Part shown: positions 24,601 to 37,300 of the stretch, one piece after another
Numbering within the stretch: position 1 is the stretch's first letter
How the letters are laid out: each line of letters starts with the position of its first letter
DNA from: Intoshia linei
Lineage: Eukaryota > Animalia > Orthonectida
Direction of reading: 5' to 3'
Length of the DNA: 46,824 nt
Assembly: GCA_001642005.1 (NCBI GenBank)
Contig: LWCA01000152.1
Span: 1 to 46,824 of the forward strand
Notes under the pieces: model-generated
Seen by the model: only the letters and a program-made list of their open reading frames with translations
What the model was told of the DNA's origin: nothing
Databases searched by the model: none
Position numbers and translations under genes: made by a program

Positions 24601-27600
24601 CGCAAATTTAAAAATGATAAAAATAATAAAAATTTTTATTATAGATTAAATTGAATGTTATGTACTTCGTACAAACGTCATTCTAGCTCTGCCGAGGGCA
24701 AACTTTTTTAATTTTACCAAAAAAAATAAATTTAATAATAAAATTTTAATTAAAAATGCTAAATTAAAAGTACTCACTATTATTAATCCTTTAAAGGAGT
24801 GGATCCTATACTTGAATTTCATATTGACTGTATTTATAAGTGATGAGATGAGATGAGTGGTGAGGTGATGAGTTATAAGAGATGAAATTATTCTGGAAAG
24901 GTGAAATTGAATGAAATTTTTAAAAATTGAATATTAAAAATTTAAAAAAGTTTATCAATTGTATTTTAAAGTTTTAACGATGATATCACAATAAATTTGT
25001 AAAACTAGATGAATGATCAGTAATCACCCTCGATTTAGTTTTATGTTTATTTTCATTAGAACATGGGACATTGGGAAGTTCCAATGGGAACTGTTATCTT
25101 TTATTTTTTCAGAAATAATTATTTATTATTTATAGAAAACCATCAAACGCAGACAGCTTACAATGATGCTTTAATATCAAAACTCTTCACATTTCAATTT
25201 GCCAATAGTTATACCACACCATTCTACATTGCATTTTTTCGTGGGGTAATTTTTATATATATTTTACTAGCTTAACTTTTTTGTACTTTGAACAAACAGC
25301 ACCTAGCTCTGTTAAGGGCGAACTATTTTAATTCTACAAAAAAAATAAATCTTACATAAAAATGCTACTATTCACTATTATCAATAGTTTAAAGTTTAAA
25401 GGAATGGTTTCCTAACGTGTAAAGATAATTTTTTATTTTAAATTCTGGGACCATTAATTATATCAAGTTTTTTGTTTTACATTGATTTAATTTCATAAAA
25501 ATGTGTATATATTGCTTTTTTGACATGAAGAGTTGCATTTATGACATTGAAACTTTTCACGTTTTTAACGCATTTAACTGAAAAAAGTTGTATTAAAATT
25601 TAATGTAAATTTCATCTTTTTTTAAATTCTGGGATTATTAGGTTTTTTTAAATTTTATAAAATAGTGGGTATAAAATAATAGTTTTGGTCCTGAAGATGT
25701 ATCTTTTTAAATTAAAATTAAAATTGAAGATAATTTTTATGGTTTTAAAATCTCTATCATTGTATATTTTTTTAAATTCTAGGACTTGTTTTTTTTTAAA
25801 CTAAAGGATAATTAGGGTTTTTGACCGGGATGATGTAAGTTTATGAGATTGAAATTTACCTTGCTTTTTCCCCTAGAAAAATCTGACTTGGAATTTGGAT
25901 TTATTAAAATTTTAGCTAAAATTCCAACTGAAATACAAAATTAACTTATATTAAAAATCGATTTTCTTTATTGAAACGTTTATTGAAATTTTTCTTACTA
26001 ACCATAAAAATGTACATTAAAAATAGTTGCAATTAATATTTATATACATAAATATATAATATAATTATTATATATTATAATTTAGTTTAATTTTGAAAGT
26101 GGTGTTTTTGGGATGGGTAACAAGTACCAAGATAATTGTGGATCAAAAGGAAACTGTATGGCTATGCTATCAATACAAATTTTAGTATTGATGATCGCTA
26201 AACCATTACCAAAGTTTGCAAAAGACATTGTGCTTCCGTAATATTATGTATTGATAAATTCAGACAATATAATTTAATAATACAGGCCAAGTCCTTAATA
26301 ATGGAATTTTTGTTACGAAAATTCCATTATAACGGAATTTTAAATTATTTATTTTTTCTTAACGAATTTTTATTAATTAAAAAATTCCATTGATAAAAAT
26401 TTTATCTCTAAAACACTAGATTCTAGAGCAGTGGTTCTCAACCCATGTTCCTCAAAATTTAATTGGGGTTCCGTGAAATATAAATGCGATATTTTTAAAT
26501 TTAAAGTTTTTCTAAATTACTGTTGTATGCAATGAAACATCATTTCTCAAATTTAAATCAAATAAATTTTAATAAAAGTATACGTTGTTAATATGGGAAC
26601 CTGAAAAATGATGTTAAAAACTAATAATAATTCAAATTATCTTTATGACAAATATTGTATTGAAGGTGGGTTTTTACTGGTCCAACACTCTTGAAATAAT
26701 TTAATTAAGTTACTTACCTCTTTATAATGATATTTAACTCAAAATTCATCTCTCACGGGCCTGGATTCTTCTTTGTTGAGTGATGGAGACAACTGGTTTT
26801 ACCGGTTAAATTCCGTGTGGTATTAATTTTTTAATTAAGAATCAAATTGTTTTATATATGCGACATGCGAAAAAAATTTTTTGATCATGCTTTAGGTGCC
26901 GCGATTTTTTGAAATTTCATAAGGGTTCCGCGTAGTAAAAATGGTTGAGAAACACTGTTCTAGAGTCTAAAATCTATTATTAATGACTATCATAAATATA
27001 AACTAATTTTTTTACTAATTAAATGTCAATTTATTACATTTTTTATCAAATTTTTAATAGATATTAAATTAGATGGCGTTAATTAGAAATAATTACTATT
27101 ATTGCGGAAATATCATTTTTGCTTATTATTAACTTTACTAACATGTAAATAATTATAATTATTAATATATACCAAATAAATTAATATTAACTTAACTCTT
27201 AAGCTCCTTTAAAAATCTCAATTATGTTCCAACAAAAATCAAACCTGTAATTCATGAACGCTACTAAAATTATTATTAATAATGTAAAAATTGAAAGTGA
27301 TATTATAATTAATGGGTCCTAGAATTTTAATAAAGGTAATAATATTAAATATCTACTAATCTGAACCCAATTTTCTCTACCATTTTACAAATTGAACTAT
27401 ATGTATATTATAATTTAAATATGTCATTAATAATTTATATATACACTTAATTAATATTGAATTATAGTGAATAAATAATATTTTATTATGTGCCTTAGAT
27501 TAATTGTTGGATTAATTAAACACAAGCGACTTCCATTTAATACTTCTGTCAATATTACAGCGGATGATACATCATTTATTGAACGAGAATTTCAAAAACC

Positions 27601-29605
27601 CAAGCTTGATGATTTTACTTTGTCAGAGTACAACGAAAAAATTATTCTGTATGGATTTGTTATGGTATGTTTACTAAATTTATGAAATGACGATTTTTAA
27701 TTATAATTTACCATTGATTACCTTAATTAAATGGTAATATGAAACAATATTTATAATAATACTATTTAAAATTTAAATAATACAGTAAATTCTACAAAGA
27801 TGAACATGAAAATATCAAATTAAAAATTATGTTCAATATAGAAGAAATGAACAAATTTTGTTAAGTATAATCAATATTAAGATATTTTATTATATGTGTT
27901 TAATAAACACTGTTTATTGTTTTTGAAACAATGACGTTTTTTGATTAATATCTGACTAAAGGTATATATTTTTCATAAGTATGAGCAACAAAATAGTATT
28001 TTTTCTATCTCTTTAAAATTTTTAGACGATTTATTTGTTTTACATGCTTTAAAATAAAAAGTTTTGTTTATGGTTTTGTTTAAAATTGAGATCTGTTTCA
28101 TCGCAATTAAAAATATTTTTCTTGTTACAAATCTAACTTACAATTTTTGCATATTTTTTCAAAATCTTTCTTAAATTTTCAAAACTTGTCATTCAAATTA
28201 GTATAAATAAAATTTGCATCACCTTTTAGTTATTCTAATCAGTGATTAGTATTTTATTGTATCTTTTTTTAAATTATCGAACCACCCAGTAGACGCCGTA
28301 AAATTTTCGTTACCAATTTCCCCCATTTTTTCGGTGTAGCTTGTCTAACATCTTCACCATTGATTATTAAGTTTAGATTCCGCTTGTGTGAAAACAATCA
28401 AGTAATATGATTCGATATTTAAATGAATTTTACTTAATTTTCTTGTTTTTAGCGAGTATACATTGTTCATTGATTTCTTAACTTCTTTACCATATTTCAG
28501 AATTTAAACTATACCATGTGCGATTTTATATTTAGGTATATATTTATAAGTTTTCTTTGGGTGTTTTAATATTTTATTTATTTATATATTTCGATGGCCT
28601 ATTTTTTGTTCAAATCAAAAAAATACTGTAAATATAAAAATGTTCATCTCTGAAGACGTTCGTCTCTGGAGAATTATCTGTAATTATAAAATAGTAAATA
28701 AAACCTAACAATATTGTTAACTTAATACAAAAATACACATATTTTAGATTTTTGCGGCCTCATTACCAATAGGTCCATTCATTGTACTTATCGTTATATT
28801 TATTGATATTAAAGTTGACGCTAAAAGAATGTTATGGATGTTTCAAAAACCTGTTTCAAATATAGCCCAAGATATAGGTTTTTTCACAAATATTCATTCG
28901 AATTGTAGCTAGATTTTACACCGAATTATGTTTTATTTGAATATATTAAATTGACTGAATTATAAAAAATTTTGAAACTCCATCTGATAAAAACTTTTTA
29001 AAAAAATAAATAAATAATATATTATAATATAAAAATAATAATGTATTACAATTATTCATAAATTCAGGAACCAGACTTTTTCGGTTTATTTAAGTATAAT
29101 TTTCAAGTATATTTTCAATTTAATATTTTTAATATGAATTTAGGCATGTGGCAAGTAATTTTGCAATTTCTGAATATAATTGGAGTAATTTCAAATGGAT
29201 TTTTGATCGCTTATACCAGTGATTGGGGTTATTTCAGCGTTGTATTATATAATTATTACTTAGGTTACATAAATTTAAAAACTCACACACACAAATTGGC
29301 GTTTGTTTTAATTTTCGAGGTATAACTATTATTAATAATCAATAGCCAAAAATATCATGAATAAGTTAATTAATTAAACATTAATGATACTTTAGCACGT
29401 AATATTCGGCATAAAATTTTTAATTGATGTATTTATACCTGATGTTCCCAAACATGTACGATTGGCTCTCCGAAAAGTATATTTTATATTATTTATATAT
29501 AAAGATAATAAACATTAAAATTACATTTAGGAAAAATACAGAGTATCGGAAATTGTAAGAAAATTTGAATCCAAGGGACTGAAAAGAAGAGTAATTAAAA
29601 AATAA
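18616..29605 (+). CDS. Anoctamin / TMEM16 family protein, paralogue A (about 825 aa, 21 exons)
   Basis: Exons 18616-18915, 19029-19163, 19625-19697, 20020-20120, 20440-20524, 20769-21114, 21485-21568, 23088-23182, 23219-23340, 23670-23759, 23803-23847, 23888-23998, 24527-24563, 25136-25245, 26086-26237, 27499-27664, 28748-28877, 29144-29227, 29264-29319, 29396-29476, 29531-29605; all GT-AG and in frame. Motifs KLHAPF, QPLWRIRNYFGEKIALYFAW, FDNDLTP, ELWKRK, LTDWENHQTQT, EYNE, IDIKVDAKR, QDIGMW, LIFEH, IPDVP. Start codon and last exon less certain. Confidence 0.93.
19350..19580 (-). mobile_element. Helitron H1 internal fragment
   Basis: AATGAATTATTCCATCTTAAT...TTATCCCATTTTTT...CAATCC is colinear with 42020-42160. 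Confidence 0.65.
20551..20600 (-). mobile_element. Helitron H1 3' terminus
   Basis: a|CTAGCTTGACTGTTATTTACTTGGTACAAACAGTATCTAGATCTG, 26 bp after the intron 5 donor. Confidence 0.65.
21994..22866. mobile_element. hAT MITE, tandem-array family (about 4 units)
   Basis: Starts TAGTGGTTCCCGAATAAAATAATGTACG; units starting (T/C)AAGATTT(G/C/T)GTA at about 22108, 22226, 22341, 22487; TGGCAACCCTG near 22721; 3' end degenerate. Confidence 0.75.
23379..23581. mobile_element. hAT MITE (5322 family)
   Basis: Termini CAGGGGTTCCCACAC and TTTGGGAATCGCTG; TSD 5/8. Confidence 0.65.
24650..24830 (-). mobile_element. Helitron H1 3' fragment
   Basis: TGTTATGTACTTCGTACAAACGTCATTCTAGCTCTGCCGAGGGC...TTTAAAGGAGTGG. 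Confidence 0.7.
25267..25960 (-). mobile_element. Helitron H1 copy
   Basis: a|CTAGCTTAACTTTTTTGTACTTTGAACAAACAGCACCTAGCTCTG 21 bp after the intron 14 donor; body colinear with 36900-37400. Confidence 0.7.
26429..26957. mobile_element. hAT (Buster/Charlie-type) MITE
   Basis: TIRs CAGTGGTTCTCAACCCAT and ATGGTTGAGAAACACTG; perfect TSD TTCTAGAG. Confidence 0.85.
27783..28680 (-). mobile_element. pogo/Tigger-type element with transposase remnant
   Basis: TA TSDs at 27781-27782 and 28681-28682; TIRs CAGTAAATTCTACAAAGATGAAC and (reversed) CAGATAATTCTCCAGAGACGAAC (18/23). The minus strand near 28261-28302 encodes FTASTGWFDNLKK, the CENP-B/pogo HTH motif FxASxGW. Confidence 0.75.
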
Positions 29606-30279
29606 TATTTATATTAAAATTTAGTACACACACATCTAATTCTAATTGCACTACGTTTGTAAATTTATAAATAAATAATACATTTGTTAATAATTATTAT
29701 ACTTATTTACATTAATTACTTACTTAATTACGAAACAAAAATTTTCAATATAATTAACATTCATTACCTCATACAGTATTCTTTCTACTTTGCTAATGTT
29801 GAAATAAAACGATATACAAATGAACAGTATTCATAAATTTGTCATCCTTTGCCCGTTTGAAATTTTGAATTTTCCCAAAATGTACGACAATAAATAATTT
29901 AAAGGATTGGCGAATTGTAAGAGAATATTGTACTTGAATTATGGGTGAAGATTCATCTTTACTCTTAAGTTTTTTTTTAAAGAAAGAATTTAATCATGAA
30001 AATTATTCAGAAAGATGGTTCTCAAGTTTTTTAGAGTAACCACACTTAAATGTTAAAAATACACCTTGAATCATTAGCATCGAAATGAAAAATTTTGAAA
30101 AGGTTGTATTTCCTCTTAATGGTCAGTCCTTTAATTCTATAAAACTAAATATTACTGTGTCATCAAGTATTCCAATCTCATCACTATTTATTTTTTATGA
30201 TTACAAATATTTAAACACCGTGTATCATAATTATAATACAACGTTATACATAATAACATAATATTAGAATGTTGTAAGG

Positions 30280-31041
30280 CAGTGCTTCTCATGGGGGAAC
30301 TGTGCACCCCAAGGTGAATATTTTTATGAGGGGGTGAATATTAAAATTTTAGATGATTGTGGGTGAATGATAAATTTTTAACATATTTTATTCAATTTAG
30401 TCAAATATGTGAAAAAACCAAAATTTTACCAAACCTTTAGGAAAAAATCCAATTTTACCAAAAATTAGATATAAAATCCCTCTATCAGATCACAAAATAA
30501 AAAACCCAATTTCACCAACCCTCAAGGAAATAATCCCCTTTTACCAATATTTTTTTGAAAAATCCAATTTTATCAAAATTTTATATAGAAATCTCTCTAT
30601 CTAATTTCAAAAAAAAAGACTAAATTTAGATGTTTCGTGTACAAAATTGACTTAACCCTTTCATACATTCAGTTTAACCAAATTTCAAAATCAAATTTTT
30701 TTTTAAAGTTGCTTATCTAATTGATATTCTTATCAATAAATAAATTATGACAATCACAATTACTATATTTTTTTATTTCTGAATTATAGTGGTATATACA
30801 ACGTAGATTTAAACATGTTTACTCTCATGAAAATATTGAAAATACCATGCATTATTTATGATTCCTGAAACAAACAATGAAAATTTAAAATAATGTGATC
30901 ACGTGAAGACGTCATATGTACTCAAATTTAATTAATTCAGTATTTTTTATAAGTGCAAATTGTGTATTCCTACACAATTATGACATGTCATAATAATTGT
31001 TTTATTGGGGGTGAATGCTCAAAAAAGTTTGAGAAGCACTG
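30280..31041. mobile_element. hAT MITE carrying the tandem-array unit in reverse orientation
   Basis: TIRs CAGTGCTTCTCA and TGAGAAGCACTG; perfect TSD TTGTAAGG; subterminal GG(G)TGAAT repeats; 30410-30620 is the reverse complement of the ~115-bp array unit. Confidence 0.85.
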
Positions 31042-31320
31042 TTGTAAGGTGTTGTTGAATATACTTAAGTAAACTGAGTATTAAAGTCTAAAAATTCTAA
31101 AAGATAATTAAGCCATTTTAATATAAAAATAAATCCAAATAAAATTGAAAAATTTTAGTAATATACAATGTATTACCAATAAACGCTACAAATATCACGT
31201 CGCTAATTCATATTTATAAAGAAATTTGAGGTAAATAGAACCATAGATATTATTAAAACATTGATGTCGAGACAAAAATTATTTAAACACAAAATTATTA
31301 CAATAATATTTCACAATTAA

Positions 31321-34300
31321 ATGGAAATGGACTCTGAAGATGATAAGTTAAATTACGAATCAAGGCACGTTATATTAAAACCAGTCAAAATATCTATGGG
31401 AGAGAAAATATGTTTAAATGAAAAAATTCAATCTAGACACAGTGTTTACAACACGGAAAAAACTCTCACCAGAAGCTTTTACATAGATCTTGTGTTGTGT
31501 AACACAATTGACCATGAAACATCAAATAATAATGATTACAAACTTGCTATGCGTGATGCGTTTGAGGTATATATAGTGATGTCTTAAGGATTTTAAAAAT
31601 ATAAAAATTTAATTTTACAACTACAACTACAGTGTACTGTATTGTATTTTTATTATAATGTATTTTTCATTAATAATACATGTACTGTATTAACAATTCA
31701 TTTTTCTATAGTTCTAATTTAGGAAAAATTACGTTTAAATGATGTAAAAATTCAGCACTATAATTCACTAGACATTCAATTTACAAAATTGAACGCTCCA
31801 TTCTATATTTTACTCGATGAAGCAGATAAACTCAAATTGGATATGCCCATGAAAAATGTAATCAATGTATTTAAAGTATACAATAGTAGTTACTAACATA
31901 ATTTTCTAATAACAATTTTTGTTAGATGTTACATTAAATCTGTCTATTTCAGACAAAGACAGAATATTCTTATTTTATATTTATTCATATTCACCATACA
32001 GCCTTATCGTGTTGCATTGTACTGTAAATATATTCGTTTTTTTAATAGAGATCTACATCAGTATATAGATCTTTAGTATACATCAGTGGTTCCCGATCAA
32101 ATAGTGTACGGACCCCATTTCAAAATATTTATTTTTTGGACCCTAAAGGAAACATGAAATATAAAACATTTATGACAAAATTAAAGGTTTTTTCTAAATA
32201 GATTTCGTAAAATCGATTTTTTCAAATAAATATTGCAAAAATGGGATTTTTCATAAAAATATTGGTAAAAGTGGATTTTTATTTTGAAATTGGAATGAGA
32301 TGTTTTTCTCATAAAATTTGGTAAAATCATGTTTTTCAAAAAAATATTGGAAAATATGGTTTTTAAATTAAGGGTTGGTAAAATCGTGTTTTTTATTTTA
32401 GGTTTTGGAGTAGGAAGTTGTTGCTCATAACATTTGATAAAATCGGATTTTTCAAAAAAATATTAGAAAAAGAGGATATTTCCTTTAAGCGTTAAAAAAT
32501 TGGATTTTTATTTTGGAGTTGGAATAATATGTTTTTCTCATAAGATTTGGTAAAATCATGTTTTTCAAAAAAATATTAGAAAAAGGTGATTTTTCACTTA
32601 AACCTTAAGGTTTGGTAACATTGAAAATTTTATTTTGTGGTTTGATTAATTTTCTGGATTTTTCTGATATTTTTAGGTAAAATCGGATATTTCAAAATAA
32701 TATCGGTAAAATTTGTAATTTTTTATTAAATTTTACTTAATACGGTGGTGGTTACTTAATAATGGTTATTTTTAAATAATAATGTAGCGGTCGTCTAGGC
32801 TTTGGGATACATTTCTAACATCTGGCAACTCTGAGAGAGTTACTCTGTAAAAATATTAAAAATTCTACTATAAAAATAAACAAAAGTTGATAAATTTTTT
32901 TTACATTTTATTTGAATCTCACGGACACCAAGGGGTCCAGAGACCTTAATCGAAAACCATTACTATATACTGATTGTATCTCCACGACATTTCATATGTA
33001 TTTCTCCATGATATTTTCTGGTTATTACCCGTCCGTAAATTTTTTTATAAGGTTACCCTACGTATTTCATAACCAATATCCATATGATTTACCACTATAA
33101 AAAATTATGCTCGATAAAAAAACGTTGCATAGCAGTAAAATATTAGTAAATCATTATTAATGATTTTATTCATACATATTTATTAGTGTGAAGAATTTGA
33201 TAGTGATACAACCATATTGCATAAAATTGAAAAATATTTTATAACGGACAATGAAGGTATATTACTAATTTTAATATTTATTGGTTAAATCATGGTCGGA
33301 AATTTATCCAATTTCAAAAAGTGAGTAAGAAAACTTATTAGCGATTGTTGATGAGACGATTAAAAAAAATAAACGGTTCAGAATCTAAAAATTGATACAT
33401 TTAACTAAAACTGAAATAAATTTATCAATTAAAGCAGTGATACCCAACAAGGACATTTTTTAATTGTAAGCAATTTTCTCTGGTGCACCGGTTGAGAAAC
33501 ACTGATTTAAGGTAATAGTTTTTGTAAAAATGTATTAACAATATTGAACAAACTATTTAAGTTGACTGGAGAATCTACAATTGTAGTGCTAGAATGGTAA
33601 TTTTCCGATCCTTGAATAAAATAAAAATGTATAAATATAAAATTGCCTAAATCAATTAATTAGTTGATTATACATCTGGACTGTTTAGCAAAGCATATTT
33701 TGGAATCTATAAAAATTGCGAAAATCGAAATAAATTTTTCCGTCCTGCATTAAGGAGTTTATTGGTGATTTAATTTGAAATTATTCAAGTCTTTCTCATT
33801 TATGGTACTAGATGTAGTAATACAAATATAGATAACAAACAACCATAACAAAACGAAAATAAAACATTTTTTTAAAAATTATCAAAAAGCGATTAAATTA
33901 TTAATTATTAGTAAAAATTAGATTTTTCTATCACATCCCTTTTAAGGGACCTTCTTCATTTTTTAATAAAATAAATATAGTTTATTCAATACTTGGACAG
34001 TTTGGACATTAAATTGTGTACGAATAAAATCAATCATCCAGACGAAGACGATGACGATCGTAAAGGTTTTTAGTATACATATTACATAAAAACTGAAGAA
34101 ATATTTTAATATTCAAATAGGTTTATCCTACTTTCTAAACAAAAAAATTTATAATGACAAATTATTGCTCCACGAATATTCTAATATCGATCCTCATGAA
34201 ATTGAATTATATGAAACATTAGAAAAAGGTCCAGATGAAAAGTTTTTGAGAAAATTGGATACAAAAGAACAACACTTGGACGAGAGACATTTATTAAATC

Positions 34301-37300
34301 AATACTGGTGTAAAACTTGGTTTAAATTCCAACCGTTATGGAGAATACGAAATTATTTTGGTGAAAAAATTGCATTGTATTTCTCATGGGTTGGTTTATT
34401 GGGATTTTCTCTCATTGGTCCAGCTATATTTGGTTTAATTATATTTATTATTGGTTTGAATGACAGGTTTTAATTTATTTTAATTTTATTAAATTTTTTT
34501 ATTTTGATTAGTATTGCCAATTATCAAAATTTTCCTCAAAATGTTACTCAAACTGATAATTCAACTCTTTCTGATGCGTGTACTGAGTAAATATATATTT
34601 TTTCACATTTATAAAAATTCAATGTTAAATGTGGTAATTGACACCCTTTTTTATAACGTCGTTGTTAGTTACCCATAGTGTAAAATGATGGACGCCCTAA
34701 AACCCGCATAATTTTTTTTAAAATTTTTCTACATTTTATTTGTATCCACTTTTTATATTTTTATTTATTTCATCCACTATCATTTACTAAATATAAATAC
34801 TAACGGTGGGTAGTAATTATCTATTCATTATTAATTCATTCTCAAGGGTTAATTGTGATTTGATACAAAATTTCTTTGATAGGATAAGAAAAAAAGAAAG
34901 TTTTTATAGTATGGATGAATTATGAGTAAAGAGTCATCAAAAAAATCATTAATACCCCCGTGGTAAGATGAACGTTATTAGTTAAATTTTTAATGTGTCC
35001 GAATGCGGATTCTGGACCTCCAAATTATCAGAATCTACCCGTTACATCATAATGTTACTCACCCTTGGTGTAAAATTCCAATTTAAAAATAATTACATTT
35101 TTCCATGTATTAATAGTTGTGAAAAACTAATCATTACATTAAACGTTGACCAATTACCCGGATACGGATACAATTCTTTATATATTCAAATAAATATTTT
35201 TAGTATCAGTTGTACAGTAAATTTGATTTTGGACATTAGTTTAAAAGCTTGCGATAGTCAAATGAGTTTACCGTATGCTGTAATTATATGTATATGGGGT
35301 TTGAAATTAAGAGTTTCATTATTGATTCATTATTCATCATTAGGAACACTTTTTATTGAATTTTGGAAACGAAAAAATGCTACATTAGCTTACCAATGGG
35401 ATGTTCGCCATTATGAAATGAATGAAGTGAATAGACCAGAATATCACGGCACAAATATTACATTGGTAAATCATTTCAACAGTTCCAAACCTACCGTGTC
35501 CGATACCTTTTTTTCCTTTCGGGCCTCGACGAAATATTTATAAAATAGTGGCCTTATTTCTCCTTATTTAAATTATTTATTAAAAAAAATTATATTGAAT
35601 TGTATGGAGTATCATAACTATTTTTTGTATTAAATTTAAAATGTAAAGTCAAGATGCTTAGAGAGGTGGATAGAGGTATATGACACTACGTGTCGTCTAT
35701 AAATTTTTTTTTATTTTTCATTTTCGGCGGTGGACTTGGTAGGTTCTGCTCTGCTTTTGAAAGTTATTTAAATATATACATAACCTATATTTAATTAACC
35801 ATAATTAAATATAAACAGTGATTCTTAGCAGGTTTTGTTTGTTTGTTTGTTTTGTACTACATACAAACAGTACCTAACTCTCATGAAGGCGTACTTATCT
35901 AATTCTACCAACAAATAAATTCAATAATAAAATCTTAATTAAAAATGCTACTGATTATTAACAATCATTTAAATAATTATTTATTATAATGAATTATAAT
36001 TAATTCCTAAACTTGAATTTCAAATTATCTTTTAATTCAAAATGAATAGTTCCCACTTACCGTATTTTTCGGAGTATAAGGCGCACCCTTTTATATGAAA
36101 AATTAGGAATGCGCCTTATATGAGGATTTTGCAAGGGAAAATTTTTTTCTAACTATATATTGTACCATTTGATTCTTAATTTTTCATAGATATCTCTTTA
36201 TAAAATTTCTCGCGCCTTATACGCCAATGCGCCTTATGTGTGAATTTTGTGTTGTAGATTGTTTTTTATACAGAGTACGCCTTATACTCCGAAAAATAAG
36301 GTAATTTTATTTAGTTAGCATTTTTGTAAAGAATTTTAAAAAACAATTTTGTGATCCCATTTATTCAATTTATTAGAGATAATGAGTGTATAATCTTAAA
36401 AATAAAATCAAAATAGTAAATTCTAAAAATTGTCAAAATAGCTTAAATTCCATAAAAAATAAAATTATAAATAAACCTGTATATTCAGTATCTTCATTCG
36501 ATGATTAAAAAATATTAATTTTGTATCAATAATTCACGAAAGCAGCAGTTTAAAAACATATTTCGGATGAATTTTACCAACATTGCAAAGCATTGTAATA
36601 AATACAAAAATGATAATAACAAAATTGGACTTTCAGTTGCTGTAGTTTTAAAATAAATTCTATTAAATTTTTTGAATTCATTAAATGAGTATTTGAGAAT
36701 GAAAAAAATTGCGAAGGAATGAATTATATAGATTTTCACCCATATTTCTTTATTTGAAGTGTGTATACGTTCAATGCACATTTTTTTTTGAAATTGTAGA
36801 ATCAATATTTACATTTTCAATTTTTATTTTAATCGGATTTATTTGAAAAATATTGGTTCATAATATATTAAAAAATATTTTTCACCGGGAATGCATTGAT
36901 TTCTGGGGTTGAAATTTTTTATTTATATCAACTGGAATAAGCTCTATCAGAAAAATCCTTTTTAATTTTCAAACAGTTAAGTATTTCATATTTTTGGTTT
37001 TAATAAAATATTTCCGAAAAAAAATATATGAATACTAAAATGCTTTTTTCACCGTGAAGGCATCACTTATTCCGATTGAAATTTTATGTGTGTATTAACA
37101 GGATACAACTGTATCACCTGTAAATTTTTTATATTTCTAGGTCTGTTTTCATTAAAATAAGAAGGGAAATTTGGTGGTTTGGCCCTGAAAATATAATTTT
37201 TTTAAATTTAAATTTATGATAATGTTTATGATTTTAAAATCCGTATCAGCGTATATATTTTTTTAAATTCTCCAACTCGTTTCATTTTTAAAAAAAAAAA

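Noticed and set aside
30653-30985. TTAACCCTTTCA piggyBac-like left end inside the 30280 MITE
   Set aside because: No matching right TIR or TTAA found, so an element cannot be delimited.
34995-35543. 182-aa ORF as a stand-alone gene
   Set aside because: It is anoctamin B exons 8-9 joined by a stop-free 45-bp intron (35299-35343) plus intronic flanks.
36515-36805. 96-aa - strand ORF, and similar ORFs at 5264, 7349, 8236, 13368, 32912, 41361 and 43825
   Set aside because: They lie in Helitron, MITE or intron sequence, or antisense to exons; low complexity, no Rep/helicase or other motif.
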